A DNA stretch of 64,000 bases from Raillietiella orientalis (lineage: Eukaryota). The notes below the pieces were generated by a model, which worked only from the letters and a program-made list of their open reading frames with translations, made no database searches and was not told the origin of the DNA. Positions 37,601 to 50,453 of the stretch are shown piece by piece (positions within the stretch are counted from its first letter, which is position 1; each line of letters opens with the position of its first letter). The stretch spans positions 434,001-498,000 of the forward strand of contig JAYWIR010000006.1 of assembly GCA_036172245.1 (NCBI GenBank). The letters run 5' to 3'. A program made the translations under genes and the position numbers.

Positions 37601-38670
37601 TGCACATCAACCCATATAGATGGCGTATGAATACAATCGGTATTAACCCTTGCATGTATTTCATACCACAGATCTTCACATGCATATGAATGTTACATAC
37701 ACAGTTATTACTTATATTGTTATTTCTTGCATGAATTTCTGCTCTATAATGGTCAAATCAATTTTGTATTTCGAAAAAAAAATATTTTCTAGAATATTTG
37801 CCGCAACGCTCTCAGTTTCGTTTTCCGCTGCAAGCATGCATGTTCTTTGGTTTAATTAGCTCATGATAGGGTATTTTTGTAGCAAATTATTTATTCCTTA
37901 TTTAATCTCTTGTTCATCAACTGTATTTGACGTGACATGGAAATCGTCTTTCAACTCCAAATGTATTTTTTTTCTGGACCGAATTTTCAGCTTATATGCA
38001 GTATGTTTATCAATTTACTAATTTATCATTTACCTTTCAATTGTGTGTGTGTGTATGGTAATTGCCACTTCCGACGTGCAGTTTTCTTGAGATCTACAGA
38101 AAAAAAAAAAAAAAGGGGGAAGAAAAAAAAAAAAAATTCAAATTTCGGAATTCCAAGTTTTCGCTTAGGCAGTATTCACGGTTTTTTCCGCAGATTACTT
38201 GAAATCAAACGTGAGATAAGATCGGTGAATAGCCAATTCTTTTGTTTTCATGAATTCATGTTTATGCAATCTTTAAAATTATATAATGCATTTGCAATTG
38301 GGTTGTGTGCGTGCAAACAGCAAGTAGTCTTCGAAAGCTCATAATTCTGTATGTGTTTTGCGTCCTCAAGTTGATGATAATTAATATGGTTTCAGATCTT
38401 GGTTTTCGAATTTTTCAGATAGGTGAAGGAGCAGAGTTCATACATATTTTCCACAATAAGTGGAGCGTTAAAAGCATAGTGTTTGTTTAAAGGTTCTATG
38501 TTAATTGCATTTTTGTGTAAAAATGATTTTATGGGTATTCGCATTTTTGTTTATAGAGCACCAATTTATACATGCCTAAGTGTATTCAGACTTTTGCAAA
38601 ATTTTGCGAACGCTCCTGATGTAAGTTTTATTCGTAAACATCGAGTTGTTTGGCGATGCACCTTGTATAA

Positions 38671-39736
38671 ATGGCGAAAACATATGATTATCTGTTTAAA
38701 TTGTTACTGATTGGTGATTCCGGTGTCGGGAAAACCTGTGTACTATTTCGATTTTCAGAAGACTCCTTTAATCCATCCTTTATATCTACAATAGGCAAGT
38801 ATTTATTTTTTATCCTTTCAGTACCAAATGCTTAAATCATGTTTGACATTAATGACCAATTTGCCATATTATAATCAAATTCATCAAGTATGAGTTCATA
38901 GTTTTCAAAATATTTTGTACTAAAAAAAAAAAACATGCTTTTAGGGATTGATTTTAAAATAAGAACTATTGAGTTGGATGGAAAGAGAATCAAGCTGCAA
39001 ATATGGTAAACAGCTGGTTGTGTAAGCTAGCAGATCTTGCAATGCTGTTAGCAGGGATACTGCTGGACAAGAACGTTTTCGTACAATTACCAATGCATAC
39101 TATCGTGGAGCCATGGGCATTCTGTTAGTGTATGACATCACCAATGAGAAGAGCTTTGAGAATATTAAAAACTGGATCCGCAACATAGATGATCAAGCTT
39201 CATATGATGTAGAACGCATGATACTAGGAAACAAATGTGATATGAATGACAAGCGCCAGGTGTCCAGGGAGAGAGGAGAACAGCTGGCCATAGAGCACAG
39301 TATAAAATTTTTGGAGACAAGTGCAAAACAAGGCATTAACATTGAGGATGCCTTCATCACTTTGACTAGGGATATCAAGATCAAAGAAGAGAAAAAACTG
39401 GTAAGTAAAAGGACTTTCCTTCTGATCATTTGTTGCTGTCTCTCCTACTCCTCAATCTGATGGCTGCGGGGATTTTCCAGAAGGTACAGGTTGTCTTATC
39501 TTCCATATGCAATCTTGCACTTTCACTAACATGCTCTGCATGTGTATTGTGTTGTTGCATGTATGCTAAGATTACATAATTGAATTGAAATAATCTGTTT
39601 TCTCTATTAATTTTAATAACAGTAAATGGTGTGGTGTTTCTAGGAAAGAATTACTTCACAACCTTGCCAGCGTAGCCGACCTGTTAAACTTCAGGAATCC
39701 CGGAAACAGCTTCTTTCTTGGCTAGCTCATTGCTAG
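38671..39736 (+). CDS. Rab8: Ras-related protein Rab-8, 4 coding exons, 207 aa
   Basis: Exons 38671-38794, 38945-39005, 39055-39400, 39644-39736: [23 protein letters not shown]...[33 protein letters not shown]...[20 protein letters not shown]...GNKCD...ETSAK...SWLAHC*. Intron 1 has a GC donor. Confidence 0.95.
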
Positions 39737-39787
39737 CCTTTTAACAGTACCCAACCATTTGATTTTACAAGATATCCCACAAATGGA

Positions 39788-39793
39788 AATAAA
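39788..39793 (+). promoter_or_regulatory. Polyadenylation signal for Rab8
   Basis: AATAAA about 50 nt after the Rab8 stop. Confidence 0.6.
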
Positions 39794-39848
39794 AAGCATA
39801 AAGCACTTGTTAACATAAAACTAGGAATCCAAATGTTGATTCCTTGTT

Positions 39849-41414
39849 TCATCTTCCTTCTTTGTCTTTATCTCTTTCTTTATCTTTTTTATCTTTTCTC
39901 CTTTCTTTTCGTTCTTTATCACGATCCTTATCTTTGTCCTTGTCTTTGTCTCTATGCTTAGAAGAAGAATGAGGACGATGATGCCGAGACCGCCGTTCAG
40001 TAGGTGTGTGACTGTGGGATTTGGTTCTGCATCGGCTACGATGACAATCATCCTTTTCTCGTTCCCGTTCTCTGTCCCTGTCTCTGTCTCGATCACGATC
40101 CCTATCACGTCCTCTACGTTCTTCTCGTGATCGCTCTTTTGGTCCAAGATCACCATTTTTATGGGAATATGAGTATGGTGTAGAGTGACCTCCATAAGCA
40201 TCAGAACTAGGATGGTCCCAACTGGATCCTCTCCAGTGACCATCAGATGCACTTTCATAAGGATAAAATGATTCCGATTCCCCAGCAAAATAATCTTGAC
40301 CATATCCAGGAGGTGGCATGTGAGGAGGGAGGGCATTGGAATAGCTGGCTATATTTCCAGCAGGTTCATAACCTGGTGGAGGAACAGACAAGTCAGGAAA
40401 TCCTGCTTGCATAACCTTCCGGCTATATTCTCTTTTGTCTGCAGTCATAACTTCAATTGTATTTTCTTTGGATGGAGTATCTCCTCGAGATAACCCACCA
40501 CTCATAAGATCTATTGGTCCACGACGGTTTTGGGAAAGACATCCTTTTCTTGAACTGCTGCTGTTTGTGTATTTGCTGTTCTCATTGATAATTGACACAG
40601 GGATAGAGCCAGGGACTGGGAATCCTTTCAGCATTGAAACACCTGCTTCCTGAGTGCGTAACCTTTTTTGTCTTTCACAATAGGCTCGCCATGTATCTTC
40701 AGTAAACCCATAATTAAAATAATCAGTAATATCCGATCCAGGTTTTCGCCAAGGCTTATCTTCCAAAGAATCTAAATTAAATTCGTGTGCTGGTACACCA
40801 TTGATGGAGCCTACAGATTCCAGATCATTCATGCTTAATCCAGCAGTTACAGCAGAGGGGAGGGAAGTTATTAACTTATTCTTATCAGTCACTCCAGTGG
40901 GATAACTTCCCTTTTTCAAATTAAAATTAACTGATGCACCTGTATTATAATTAAATGCTGCAGATGTCTTGATATCCCCTATTGTGACTTGCACATCATC
41001 ATCACTATCGTCTTCCTCCTCTCCCATATCTTCAGTTTTTTCTGACTGCTCAACTGACTTATCAGTATTTTCCTTTTCACAATTCGGATCTTCTGATACC
41101 TCTAACTGCGAGTTCTGGTCTGTTTCGCATAATTCTTCGTTTTGTTTGTCGACGGAAGGCATTTCTTCATTTGGTACTGTATCTTCCATCCCTTCTTCCA
41201 TCGGTGTTTCAGGGTTCACAAGTGGGATCTCAATGAGAGAAGTCTTACAATCATTTTCCTCAATCGTTTCCTGAACTACGGGTTCCACTGCATTCGTACT
41301 CTCCAAACTTGGTTCAGAAGTCATCGTTTCGTCTTTTTTCGCACTTTCGGGTTCGCCTTCCTCTCCGTATAACCACTCGTCCTCATTTAAAACTTCTAAA
41401 CCAACAGCCGCCAT
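39849..41414 (-). CDS. FIP1L1: Pre-mRNA 3'-end-processing factor FIP1 (CPSF subunit), single coding exon, 521 aa
   Basis: Acidic N-terminus with [22 protein letters not shown], Fip1 motif [33 protein letters not shown], Pro-rich region, RD/RE repeats and basic tail. First ATG at 41414. Confidence 0.97.
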   Translation of the reverse strand: MAAVGLEVLNEDEWLYGEEGEPESAKKDETMTSEPSLESTNAVEPVVQETIEENDCKTSLIEIPLVNPETPMEEGMEDTVPNEEMPSVDKQNEELCETDQNSQLEVSEDPNCEKENTDKSVEQSEKTEDMGEEEDDSDDDVQVTIGDIKTSAAFNYNTGASVNFNLKKGSYPTGVTDKNKLITSLPSAVTAGLSMNDLESVGSINGVPAHEFNLDSLEDKPWRKPGSDITDYFNYGFTEDTWRAYCERQKRLRTQEAGVSMLKGFPVPGSIPVSIINENSKYTNSSSSRKGCLSQNRRGPIDLMSGGLSRGDTPSKENTIEVMTADKREYSRKVMQAGFPDLSVPPPGYEPAGNIASYSNALPPHMPPPGYGQDYFAGESESFYPYESASDGHWRGSSWDHPSSDAYGGHSTPYSYSHKNGDLGPKERSREERRGRDRDRDRDRDRDREREREKDDCHRSRCRTKSHSHTPTERRSRHHRPHSSSKHRDKDKDKDKDRDKERKERRKDKKDKERDKDKEGR

Positions 41415-43899
41415 GTCCACAAAACACGAAAACTTAAACAGCAAAATACAAATAATATATTTAACTGCACATATTCACACAAGAAGTCCGAATTTTCTAA
41501 CAATTCGAGAAATATCTCAGTCTATTGAGACATTTGTGTTAAGCCTTATTAACTTTGAAATACATGCCTTGCAAATCGTCTTGACAGACGAGCAACTGAC
41601 TCAGAGTTACCAGCTGCATGACACATGTGATGCACAAATTCTAAAAACTCAAGCTTAAACTACATTCGTCTTTAGTGCGACCATTCAATTGACAATATAA
41701 ATTTTATAGTTTAAATAAGGTTCAAATAAGCATTGAAACTAAATGTTAGTTTATTACCAGAAGTTGTTATACACTTTGTCATTCCTTACAATCATAAGTA
41801 AGCTTGAAAGGAACTGGAAATTCAGCTTAATGGCCGAAGACATATTGAGTTTCTACGTGCTATGCATCTTATAGATAATAAAGATGGCTGAATACATGCT
41901 TGTATGGGAGAGAGTTTTCTCTAAGATTATTAGGAAAATTTATGCTCTGTGAGTATGTAATCCAAATATAAAGTCTTAAAACACTTATTTGTAATATCAA
42001 GAACCAGTAGTCTAGGACTATGATTTCTTGATATTCATTCATATTTTCTTGATAATATTATTGATTTCTTGATATTCTAAATGACATTACTCAAAGATTC
42101 AGAGCAACTTTTGATAAAATAAACTCACATTCCAAATTCATTTCTGTTGTAGAGATAAGGCACACAGACGATTAATTACAATAAATAATCATATAAGTGT
42201 GATTGTATGTGTATATCATAATTAGTGAAAAGTATCGAAACATTTATTTGTTAACATTTAGTTAGTTGATCATAAAGTTAAATCATTGATTAAAAACTCC
42301 AATCAGAAAATAGGATTTTCTAATCTTTCAAATTATACATCCTTTTTTTCTGTTATCCTCATAATTACAATACAATTCTTATGCTCTGTTTTTAGAACGG
42401 TTTTTTTTTTCCTTCCCATGTATTTATAATCTCTATGGAAGTGAAGTTCAGGATTGCAATGGCAATTTCATCCCCAAAGAGTAGCGTGACTGGAACTTGA
42501 GGTTAACAGCATTATTAATACTGATACGAAAAAATTCAGCACCAATCGAAGATAAAAAAAAATTTTTTTTCAAGTCTATTGATGAGAGGATGAAAAGAAA
42601 GTTCAATAGCTAATGAATTAGGATTTTGGATGGAAAATAACTGATCCAGTTTGTCATGGTAACAATTATGTGCCATATTTGCATTCGATGAGACATGACA
42701 CGTGTAGTCTTCATTTTGCATGTGTCTCGTTATATTCTTCTTAAAGCAAGAAAGTTCATATCAGAAATTTCGAATCATGGAAAAGCAATTTGATCAGTTA
42801 GACTAAACTAACTAAATCGGACTAAAGCAATTTCACTTTTCTTTAGAGAGAAATGAGCAAAAAACAGTAAGAGCGGAATGATAACAGTGAAACAAAAATA
42901 AAGGAACACGAAAATATATGGGTCTCATTTACCCTGTTCATCGGGTAAAAAGGAAGGTCTTATTCTGTTCATTAATACAAGGGCAGATTTTCTAATTAAG
43001 AAAGGGGGGTGATGAGAAGGAAGAAGACCAGGAATACAGACTTTGAATGCGAAAGATTTCAGAAATAAAGCTGTTTGAGAAAAGAAAAGAAAAAGTGAAA
43101 GCATATTGGGATGGTTTCACGCATCGGTTTCATAAAATTATCTTATGAAGATGTGCTTTTAGCATACTTGATCATGATGGCCCATAAAAGGTCTAGTGTT
43201 AGTTAGCTGATCTCACTTCAGTTTACGGTATTTTAAGCCTTTTCTGAGTACGAGTCATCTCAGTATCGGAGCGTGAAACACTTACATGATAGCTAATCAA
43301 GGGAGAGAAGCTGTGTATCAGAAGCTGAAGGAGAAAGTCGAATTGTCTGAATTCAGCATTGCAGCATTGCCGTCTTCCTTGTTCCACTACTGTATCTCCT
43401 CCCCTACCGAGTCTTTTTAGATAACCTCAAGGAACTGGAACTTCAAGGAACTTCCCCCTTCTCTCTGGAATGAACAAGGAAAAAAGGAGACTTTTCTGGT
43501 TCGCGCTTCTCATCTTCATATAATTAGGGATCCTTGCCATCTAAAATGAGGTCAATTTCGCATGCCTCAAGAGGGCATGGCGAAACGAAAATGAGATCTC
43601 CAAATTCGCAGTTCTCAACCGTTGCCGAAGACATGCTTCTCTTGCGGACTGTGATCACTTGAAGTACGAGCTTAGCTTCTTAGCCCTTCAGACGAAGGAA
43701 CCACATCTTGTTACAAACGCACGGATTGGTTCCAAGTAACGAACGGCCCTACCTCGCGCTTCGTACTGCTTAAGAAGCGCAGAGTTATGAGATCCTTAGA
43801 TCGTACTGCCTTCCACCACAAAGTAGCAGTTTACCCTCCACAGACTGCAGATCTCTATTTCATCCGGTCACGCTCACTCGAAAATGCTTTACGGACACC

Positions 43900-44929
43900 A
43901 TGGGGCACGACTCAGGATTAACGATCACATACAGGAGTGGGTTCTCCTGGAACCTTCACAATGGGGATACCGCTCGTGGAACTTCTCTGAATGCATCTTT
44001 CCCCATTCTGTCTGTTGGAGGATGTGTTACAGTACCTGGGCAAATGGACTCTTGGTGCAGCTCTGTCTGCCCTAAGGACAAGCGATGACAGTTGCCTACC
44101 GACGGGATGGAAAGTCTCCTGCACGTTTGCAGGAGAAACGAGACTCATGGGAGGCTGAAAGACGAGAGAGCTGTCAGACGCCGCCACTCGTCACTGTGCA
44201 AAGGGACTCCTTCGGTGGAGCCAACTGTTGAATGTGCCCCCTGGAGAACTTGTGATCTCACCTTCGTGCGTGGAGACCTCTGTGTTCCCCCTTCGGTGAA
44301 AACAGGACGTGCTTCTGCTGCTGCATTGGAGTTTTCATTGCAATCAGCGCGCCCATCTCATTTCTGGGGGAGTTGCCTCCCTGAACGGTAGAAGGTGCAG
44401 AGCAGTGGAATCGTTCCCGCATCTGCTCTTCGACCGCAGTGCTCTCCAATGCCTTCAGCGCTCCTGCACCAGGGGGACACCGCCATCGACGTCATGCGGC
44501 ACTTCTTTACGTGTAGCAGTCTTTCTCTCGGTGCGGTCATAGCAACGATCTGTTGCATCCGCGCCATCGTCTTGGCCCATCAAGTGTTGGAGTCGAGAGT
44601 GGTTCCAACAGAAGTCACCAGGATTGCAGCCGTCCACTGAGGACGGCTGCTAGATGTCTTCAGCCCAGAGAAGATGTCAGGAACGAAATTGCTGGCATTC
44701 AACGCCGATGATTGCCGATTAAACGGCCGAAGCCAAAGACCCCTGTCTCCTCCTCTCTCCCATATCTTTTTTGTATTTTTCATATCTATTTGTGATCCTT
44801 TCCCTCCCGTTCCGGACTTTCAATGTGCCCGACCTGCGCGTCTAGGACTTCTTTTCCCTTAGCCTGGGAACTTGGTTCCCAGATGGTTTGTTCGTTTTTT
44901 CTGAATAAACTCCCCAGCGCAACCGGGTG
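43900..44929 (+). mobile_element. 3' fragment of an L1/Tx1-like element
   Basis: RCRAVESFPHLLFDRSALQCL degenerate finger near 44390-44455; nucleotide similarity to 48060-48290; T-rich tract, then AATAAA...GCAACCGGGTG. Confidence 0.6.
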
Positions 44930-47900
44930 GTACATCATGGGGATACTGTCCTTACTCTGTCGTACTGGTAGAAATTTCCAGGATAGGTTTTTGGTCCAGC
45001 GACAAGACTCCGGTAGCTGTTCCCGTCCTTCTCAGCTTCCCGACTCAGCGCCCCCGAGCGAAAGCGGAATCGTCTTGGAAACCAGGAAAAAGGGGTTCCG
45101 GCGCCGACGGAAAACGGCGCTCCTGTTTCCAGGTTTCGCAAGTCCTATGTGCGGGCAAAGTGGTAGGACGATGAGAAGAACAGTGGGGCTGTCGAGGCCA
45201 GGGACTCTGACAACCACTCCGTTGCCGCTATGAGATGCGGTTTGAAGGGTTTACCTGAGTCCCGAATGACGGCAGAGCTACAAGAGCTGTGGCCCCATCA
45301 TGCGAATGGACGTGGATGTGTGTTTCATATTCTCTTTTTTTCCGTCCTCCTTCCCTCTGTTAATCCTCGCGATACTCGGCGCCGAACGTTTGCACCCTTC
45401 ATCCTTTATTTACTCGGAGCATCCGCAGCTCTCCCTGTCCATCCAACAGCAAGGACCTCGTGTGAGCTCTTCCTTCGAACCATTTGGGAGGACTTTACTT
45501 ATGTATTTGCTCTTTCCAGAGCCCACTGGTTCTGTTCTCTCCTTCAGAAAACTTCGCCCTCTCATCTGCTTGCAGTTATTTGGATTCCGATGCTGCGATG
45601 CGTCATCTCCTCCCCCCTTTTCCGCAGTTCCGAATCCCGAGAAATCGACGCCTACCATGTCGATCAGCTCTTCGGCTCGGATCGACGATCACGTGCTAAG
45701 CAGCTGCCGTTCCAAGAGGAACGAGGCGCTCGCGCGCACGGATTTCTATTTGGACACACATGATCGGGAGTTTGGTTTGGTGCACAGGACCTTCAGCCCC
45801 TCGGCCCGATCCTTCCCGTTCCTCGGGAAGCGGTCGGTGTTCTCGAACTTGGGTCTCATGCAGTGATCCACTCTCCTCGTGCTTCGCACGCGCTGCATCG
45901 CGTCTCTTCTAGTCATGATCTTCGGGTCGCACCGTGACTGAGTTACTGAGGTACCTTCTCACGAGGGCGTGGAAAGCGGGAACTTCCTTCTTTTATCGGA
46001 GCGAAAGGGTTTCAACGGATGAACACCACGAGACACCACAGGAATACGCAGTTGAAAGTCTGCTGGCATGGGGAAAAAGAAAACACCCACGGAAAAAAAA
46101 AAAAAAAAACACTCAATAGAGAGTGGTTGGGCTGCGTTTTCTCCATCCAGTATTTTGAGGTCGACTTTAGCCAAGAGAGAGTCTTTTAGATCTGGGTTGC
46201 GCGTTGCGAGGAAACCTGGGAGAAACCTTGTCTCTGCTTTCATCTTCCGAGAACCCGCTGACTCGGTCCGACTGAGTTCGGAAGGAATTCATAAAGAAGC
46301 GGAAGGGAAGAAAAGCAAACCAAACCAACGGAAGACTAATGAAGATTCGAGGTAAGGAGGCGGGCATTCTGGACACACACGTGTTGCGTGTTCGGTTTTG
46401 TTCGTTCGCAGCAAATGTGGGAAATCGAGCCTACCTTCTGAGTGGCTGACTGTCGAGGAGCTGGGCAAGAAAGTTGCTGACAGGAAAATCGGATAAAAAT
46501 CCAGAAGGTGAGCAGATGATAATGGAACAACGTCTCAAGTAAAATCTCGCGTGGAGTGCACATCGCGTGATCCACGAACCTGTAGTGACGGATTTGGGTA
46601 ACGTTTTCTTCTCAAAAATCTTTCAGAATTTCCCTTAAGAGATGGAACAACGTGCATGCGAGTTTGGGGAATCGGAGCTGATGCTGCATCCTCTCCTCCA
46701 AAATCGGCAGCAACTCGAGACTCTGGCCAGTCCACCATCAGGATCTTTGGCATGGTATGATTATTACGAAGGCATGGTAACGTTTCATCTACATGCTGGA
46801 GGGAAGGGGGGACGGGTAAAGCGAAGGAACTTACATCGCAATTCATTATGCTTCGACGCCTCCGCATCTTCCCTCCGACTCCTCAACGCTGCTTCCACTG
46901 ACCCGCGCGCTTTGTCTGATCTGACTGGAAAACCTTTATTGCCGCCAGCTGCACGGTGATCTGGAAGGTCCACTGTGGATATTGAGGCTGGCACCCAATC
47001 GGAATCCATCAGCTGAAGAATCAGCTTTCGAAAGTTCGTACCCCAGCACTCTCCCTGCTCGTCTCGACTTTCTCTTTCCTCGGCTCTCATTCGGGAATCC
47101 CATGCCATGATCCGCATAAACTCGATTCGAAATTTGAATTGGGGAAAGCTTTATTCCCTCAGCTGCAGCACTCGTTGAGGGATCCACATGCGCTGCTTCC
47201 ATCCTCCCCCTTACTGGAACGCGTTTGCAGCTCCTCTCTTCCGCCCTCTGCTTTTTGTTTGCCCCTCTCCTACAGCCATCCAAAAGAGGATCGAGGACCT
47301 CCTCAGAAAAGCCCTGTAAGGCACAGGGAAGCCCAGAGTCCGGTTAAAGGATCTTTGCGCTCCACGTAAGGATGGTGGACGGGACCTCCTTACGCTGGAG
47401 AGGATGCAGCGTCAGTTCCGTTTCCTTAAAACTCGCACTGGCTTTGGTTTACGCCTTGGTGCGCTCCGGCAAGAATCCTCGCCAAGCGAGCAACCGACTA
47501 CGAAGGACTGACTTCGGTCGTCGTGGAGACCAAGCGAAGTTGGTTGGACCATCTTGGCTCTCAACTCCACCAAATGGTTGTCTTGGTACAACGAAATCCC
47601 TGGACACCCATCCTCCCCGCGAACTGAGCTACTTGGTTATAGGAATCCGTGTTCTCATTGGGCAAGGTCAACGGCACGAGAGAGAGGGCAGAGTCCATCT
47701 GCCTACGAAAAAACAGCAGATACACTCATCAGTCGTTGCGGAAGATTCTGGGTAACACCAGGAATCTGTTTTGGGCGTCGTTCATCCCTCCTACCCTTGC
47801 TCTAGTGCTGCCCTCCTTACGGGAAGCAAGAGACGGCGATCTTCCGGCAAAGTGAGAGGTGAAGTGCACTAGCGAAAATAGACGAAAACATCTGAATGCG

Positions 47901-48713
47901 TGCATAATTTGAGAGCTGACAGATGCTGCCACCCCGAATGTCTCTCCAAAAGGACTGCTGCTCTGGGGAGAGCCTCTAGAAATTCCTTCGGAAGAGATAC
48001 AGTGGCCTCCAGCATGCTGGAACAGTGCAACTCTCCCCCTAATGTGGCAGCGGTGTGCGATCCTTCTGTTGCATTGGAGCCTCCCGTGCAACTCCCGCCG
48101 ACATCATTGGACTCGAGGGAGTGTAAGTCCCAACTGCATCAGGTGCGGCGAAAGAGTTCCTCCCGCACCTGCTCATGGATTGTGTTGCCCTCAGCCTTTT
48201 GCGGGAACGTTTTGCCGCGTCCCTGTGGAACCACGAGGGCAACCTCAGAGACTTTCCGAAGCGCCTCTTCCAGTGTAATGCCCTCATGCCGGCCGCATCC
48301 CTAGTAGCACTTTGCTGCCTACGTGGCTGCGAGGAGCAACGCCAGAGGCCAGGACGACAGAGATGCCATCTATTTTGCTGTCCTCTTCTTGAGGATAGCG
48401 TCAAGATGGCCCCATCTGGGAATTCTGAAACAGGAACTCGCCAGCATCCTGCATAGGATGCAGAGGACACCCTCCAGCACCCGGTTATCCATTCCCGAAC
48501 CCTCTCAATGTTTTTGTATATATTTTTTGCTTTATTTTTCTTTTTTCGTTGTTTCCCCTTCCCCGCTGCTGCCGAGGCGAACCTCCCCGGACTGCGTGCC
48601 GGTTCTCGGCAGGTTCCTTTTTGTATAGACATGCAACGTGGCATGACCAAGAGTCCTGCCACGGACTTGTATGTTTATTTTTATATAAATAAACGTCCCG
48701 GAGCAACCGGGTG
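44930..48713 (+). mobile_element. Decayed ORF2 (APE, RT region, CCHC) and 3' end of an L1/Tx1-like element
   Basis: EDFTYV (GDFN-like) near 45490, ARTDFYL near 45735, PNCIRCGE..HLLMDCVAL near 48130-48195, T-rich 3'UTR 48510-48555, AATAAA...GCAACCGGGTG at 48688-48713. RT core too decayed to read confidently. Confidence 0.6.
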
Positions 48714-49054
48714 TCAATCTTCCCCTTCACTTGGAAATCACGAACTCCATCCGCCTTCGTGGAACAATTTTTCCTTTCAGCATCACCCGTTCGCAAGTGC
48801 AAGTGCTTGGGATGGAAAAATAAGGTAAACTGGCACAAGGAAAGAGAAAATTGGGATGAAGTTGCAAAAGTAGAGACCGCAAGCGATAGTGATGCTTATA
48901 TAAACCCCTGAGGTTTCATCCAGGGTTACCAGAGTGCTCTATGGTGCCACCTGCGGTCAAAACAGAACACATGCAGAAACTCCGCTAAGAACTCTTGCAA
49001 AATCATGAAATGCAAGCGCGACAACTTTTGATACCAAAGGCTTAACAAGGTTAA

Positions 49055-49874
49055 CCCTCTACAGCCTCCTATGATAAAAATTATGAAACGTGACACTTTA
49101 AAATATCAAGCTTTGAATACAAATTAATGATCGTATGAATTCAGTAGTTTCAATGATTTCATTATAACGAACGTGCTTTGTAACTTTGGGTTTGCAACGG
49201 CGTACAACGTTTACACTTGGGCGTGTATAAAATGCTGAAGCATGGAATTCCATAAAATAGGTTTTGCCTGGCGTTCGACATTGATGTACGTTGGATTTCC
49301 CGCGCTTCATTTCTGGCACTCCTTTGCATCCGGGATTTCTGCAGCCTCCCCTCTTATCCGAAAAGAGTGGCCGACGAGCCATTGCATCCTTTTTTACGTT
49401 TTTGACAGGAAGTGTTGCGCTTGTTCCCCTTTTCTCCTCCTCCTTTAACTATTTATCCACAGCGGTTGATGCACCGAATCCCACCATTACAGCTCACTGT
49501 GAGTTTCAAGTCACAAAGCTGTATCATGTGAAAATAATAACAAGATGAGTGTTTAAATATGCAAACGAATGAGAGATCGTCGATATACAAACCAAGAGCC
49601 ATTACGTAGGCTTTTTCTTGTTCGTCAAAACACCGGCAGAACAAAGAATAAAAACAACTGCACAGGATGGTTCATACAACTTTCATGCACAGACACCTCG
49701 CAAAAGCATTTACCTCGGTATCTCGGGTTCGAGTTTGATATCCGTTACCAAGACTGTTGTTGGTTACCAAGGAGACGTTATACAACGAGCCACCTTGCGG
49801 TGAAAAATTAAATCAATCAATAGGGTATCGATACATTAGTATGTGAATTCAAAGTCACATCGGGCTATAGAGGG
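49055..49874. mobile_element. Non-autonomous piggyBac-type element (820 bp)
   Basis: TTAA at 49051-49054 and 49875-49878 flanking terminal inverted repeats CCCTCTACAGCC / GGCTATAGAGGG (11 of 12 match); no transposase recognised inside. Confidence 0.8.
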
Positions 49875-50453
49875 TTAAGAACACTCGTTAAGGGACTTTG
49901 AATAAGCCGATGAAGATTGGATGGTCCACACTTATCGAGGTGTGGAAATCTCTTAGAGAGATAAAAAAAATGCATTCTGAGTACTGTGTGAGACCATGGC
50001 AACAGCGATCGCTGAGGGGGTGGCGTTGTGGGGCCGGCACACACCAGGAAATAGCCACTGTAAAAAGGATTCCACCGCGAGGTGACGTGACGTCGCTTGA
50101 TTTTTGTCCCCACGAAGTATGCTAAGTGTAAATGCCCGACACTCTGGAATCTGCACCAGCATTTCCGTACGCTTGATATCAACAGGTGTGGAAATAGAAA
50201 GATAATAAAAAAAGCGCAGCGTAGCTGATCTTCCAGAAAGCCAGGACACTGAGATGACAAGATGTTCAGAAAAGCTGCTTCAACCCGCGTGCTGCATGTG
50301 CACTTGCGAAGCCTCCAAAGACTCAGCTTGAAAGCGGACCTCAAGCACCAAGGCCACGAGATCGCGGAAGAAGGATTTTCTTCTGGTTATCTTTTTTGGG
50401 GGGGGCTTGCCAAGTGCTGAAGAACCGTTTGCGTCATTAGAAGGGGCTCTCAA

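Noticed and set aside
39821..40336. 171-aa alternative-frame ORF overlapping the FIP1 3' end
   Set aside because: By-product of the purine-rich RD/KE repeat region, which lacks stops in a shifted frame.
47010..47040. CTGAAGA...CGAAA hammerhead-like core (similar partial motifs near 14330 and 53515)
   Set aside because: Stem II does not close and no stems I/III with a cleavage triplet were found.
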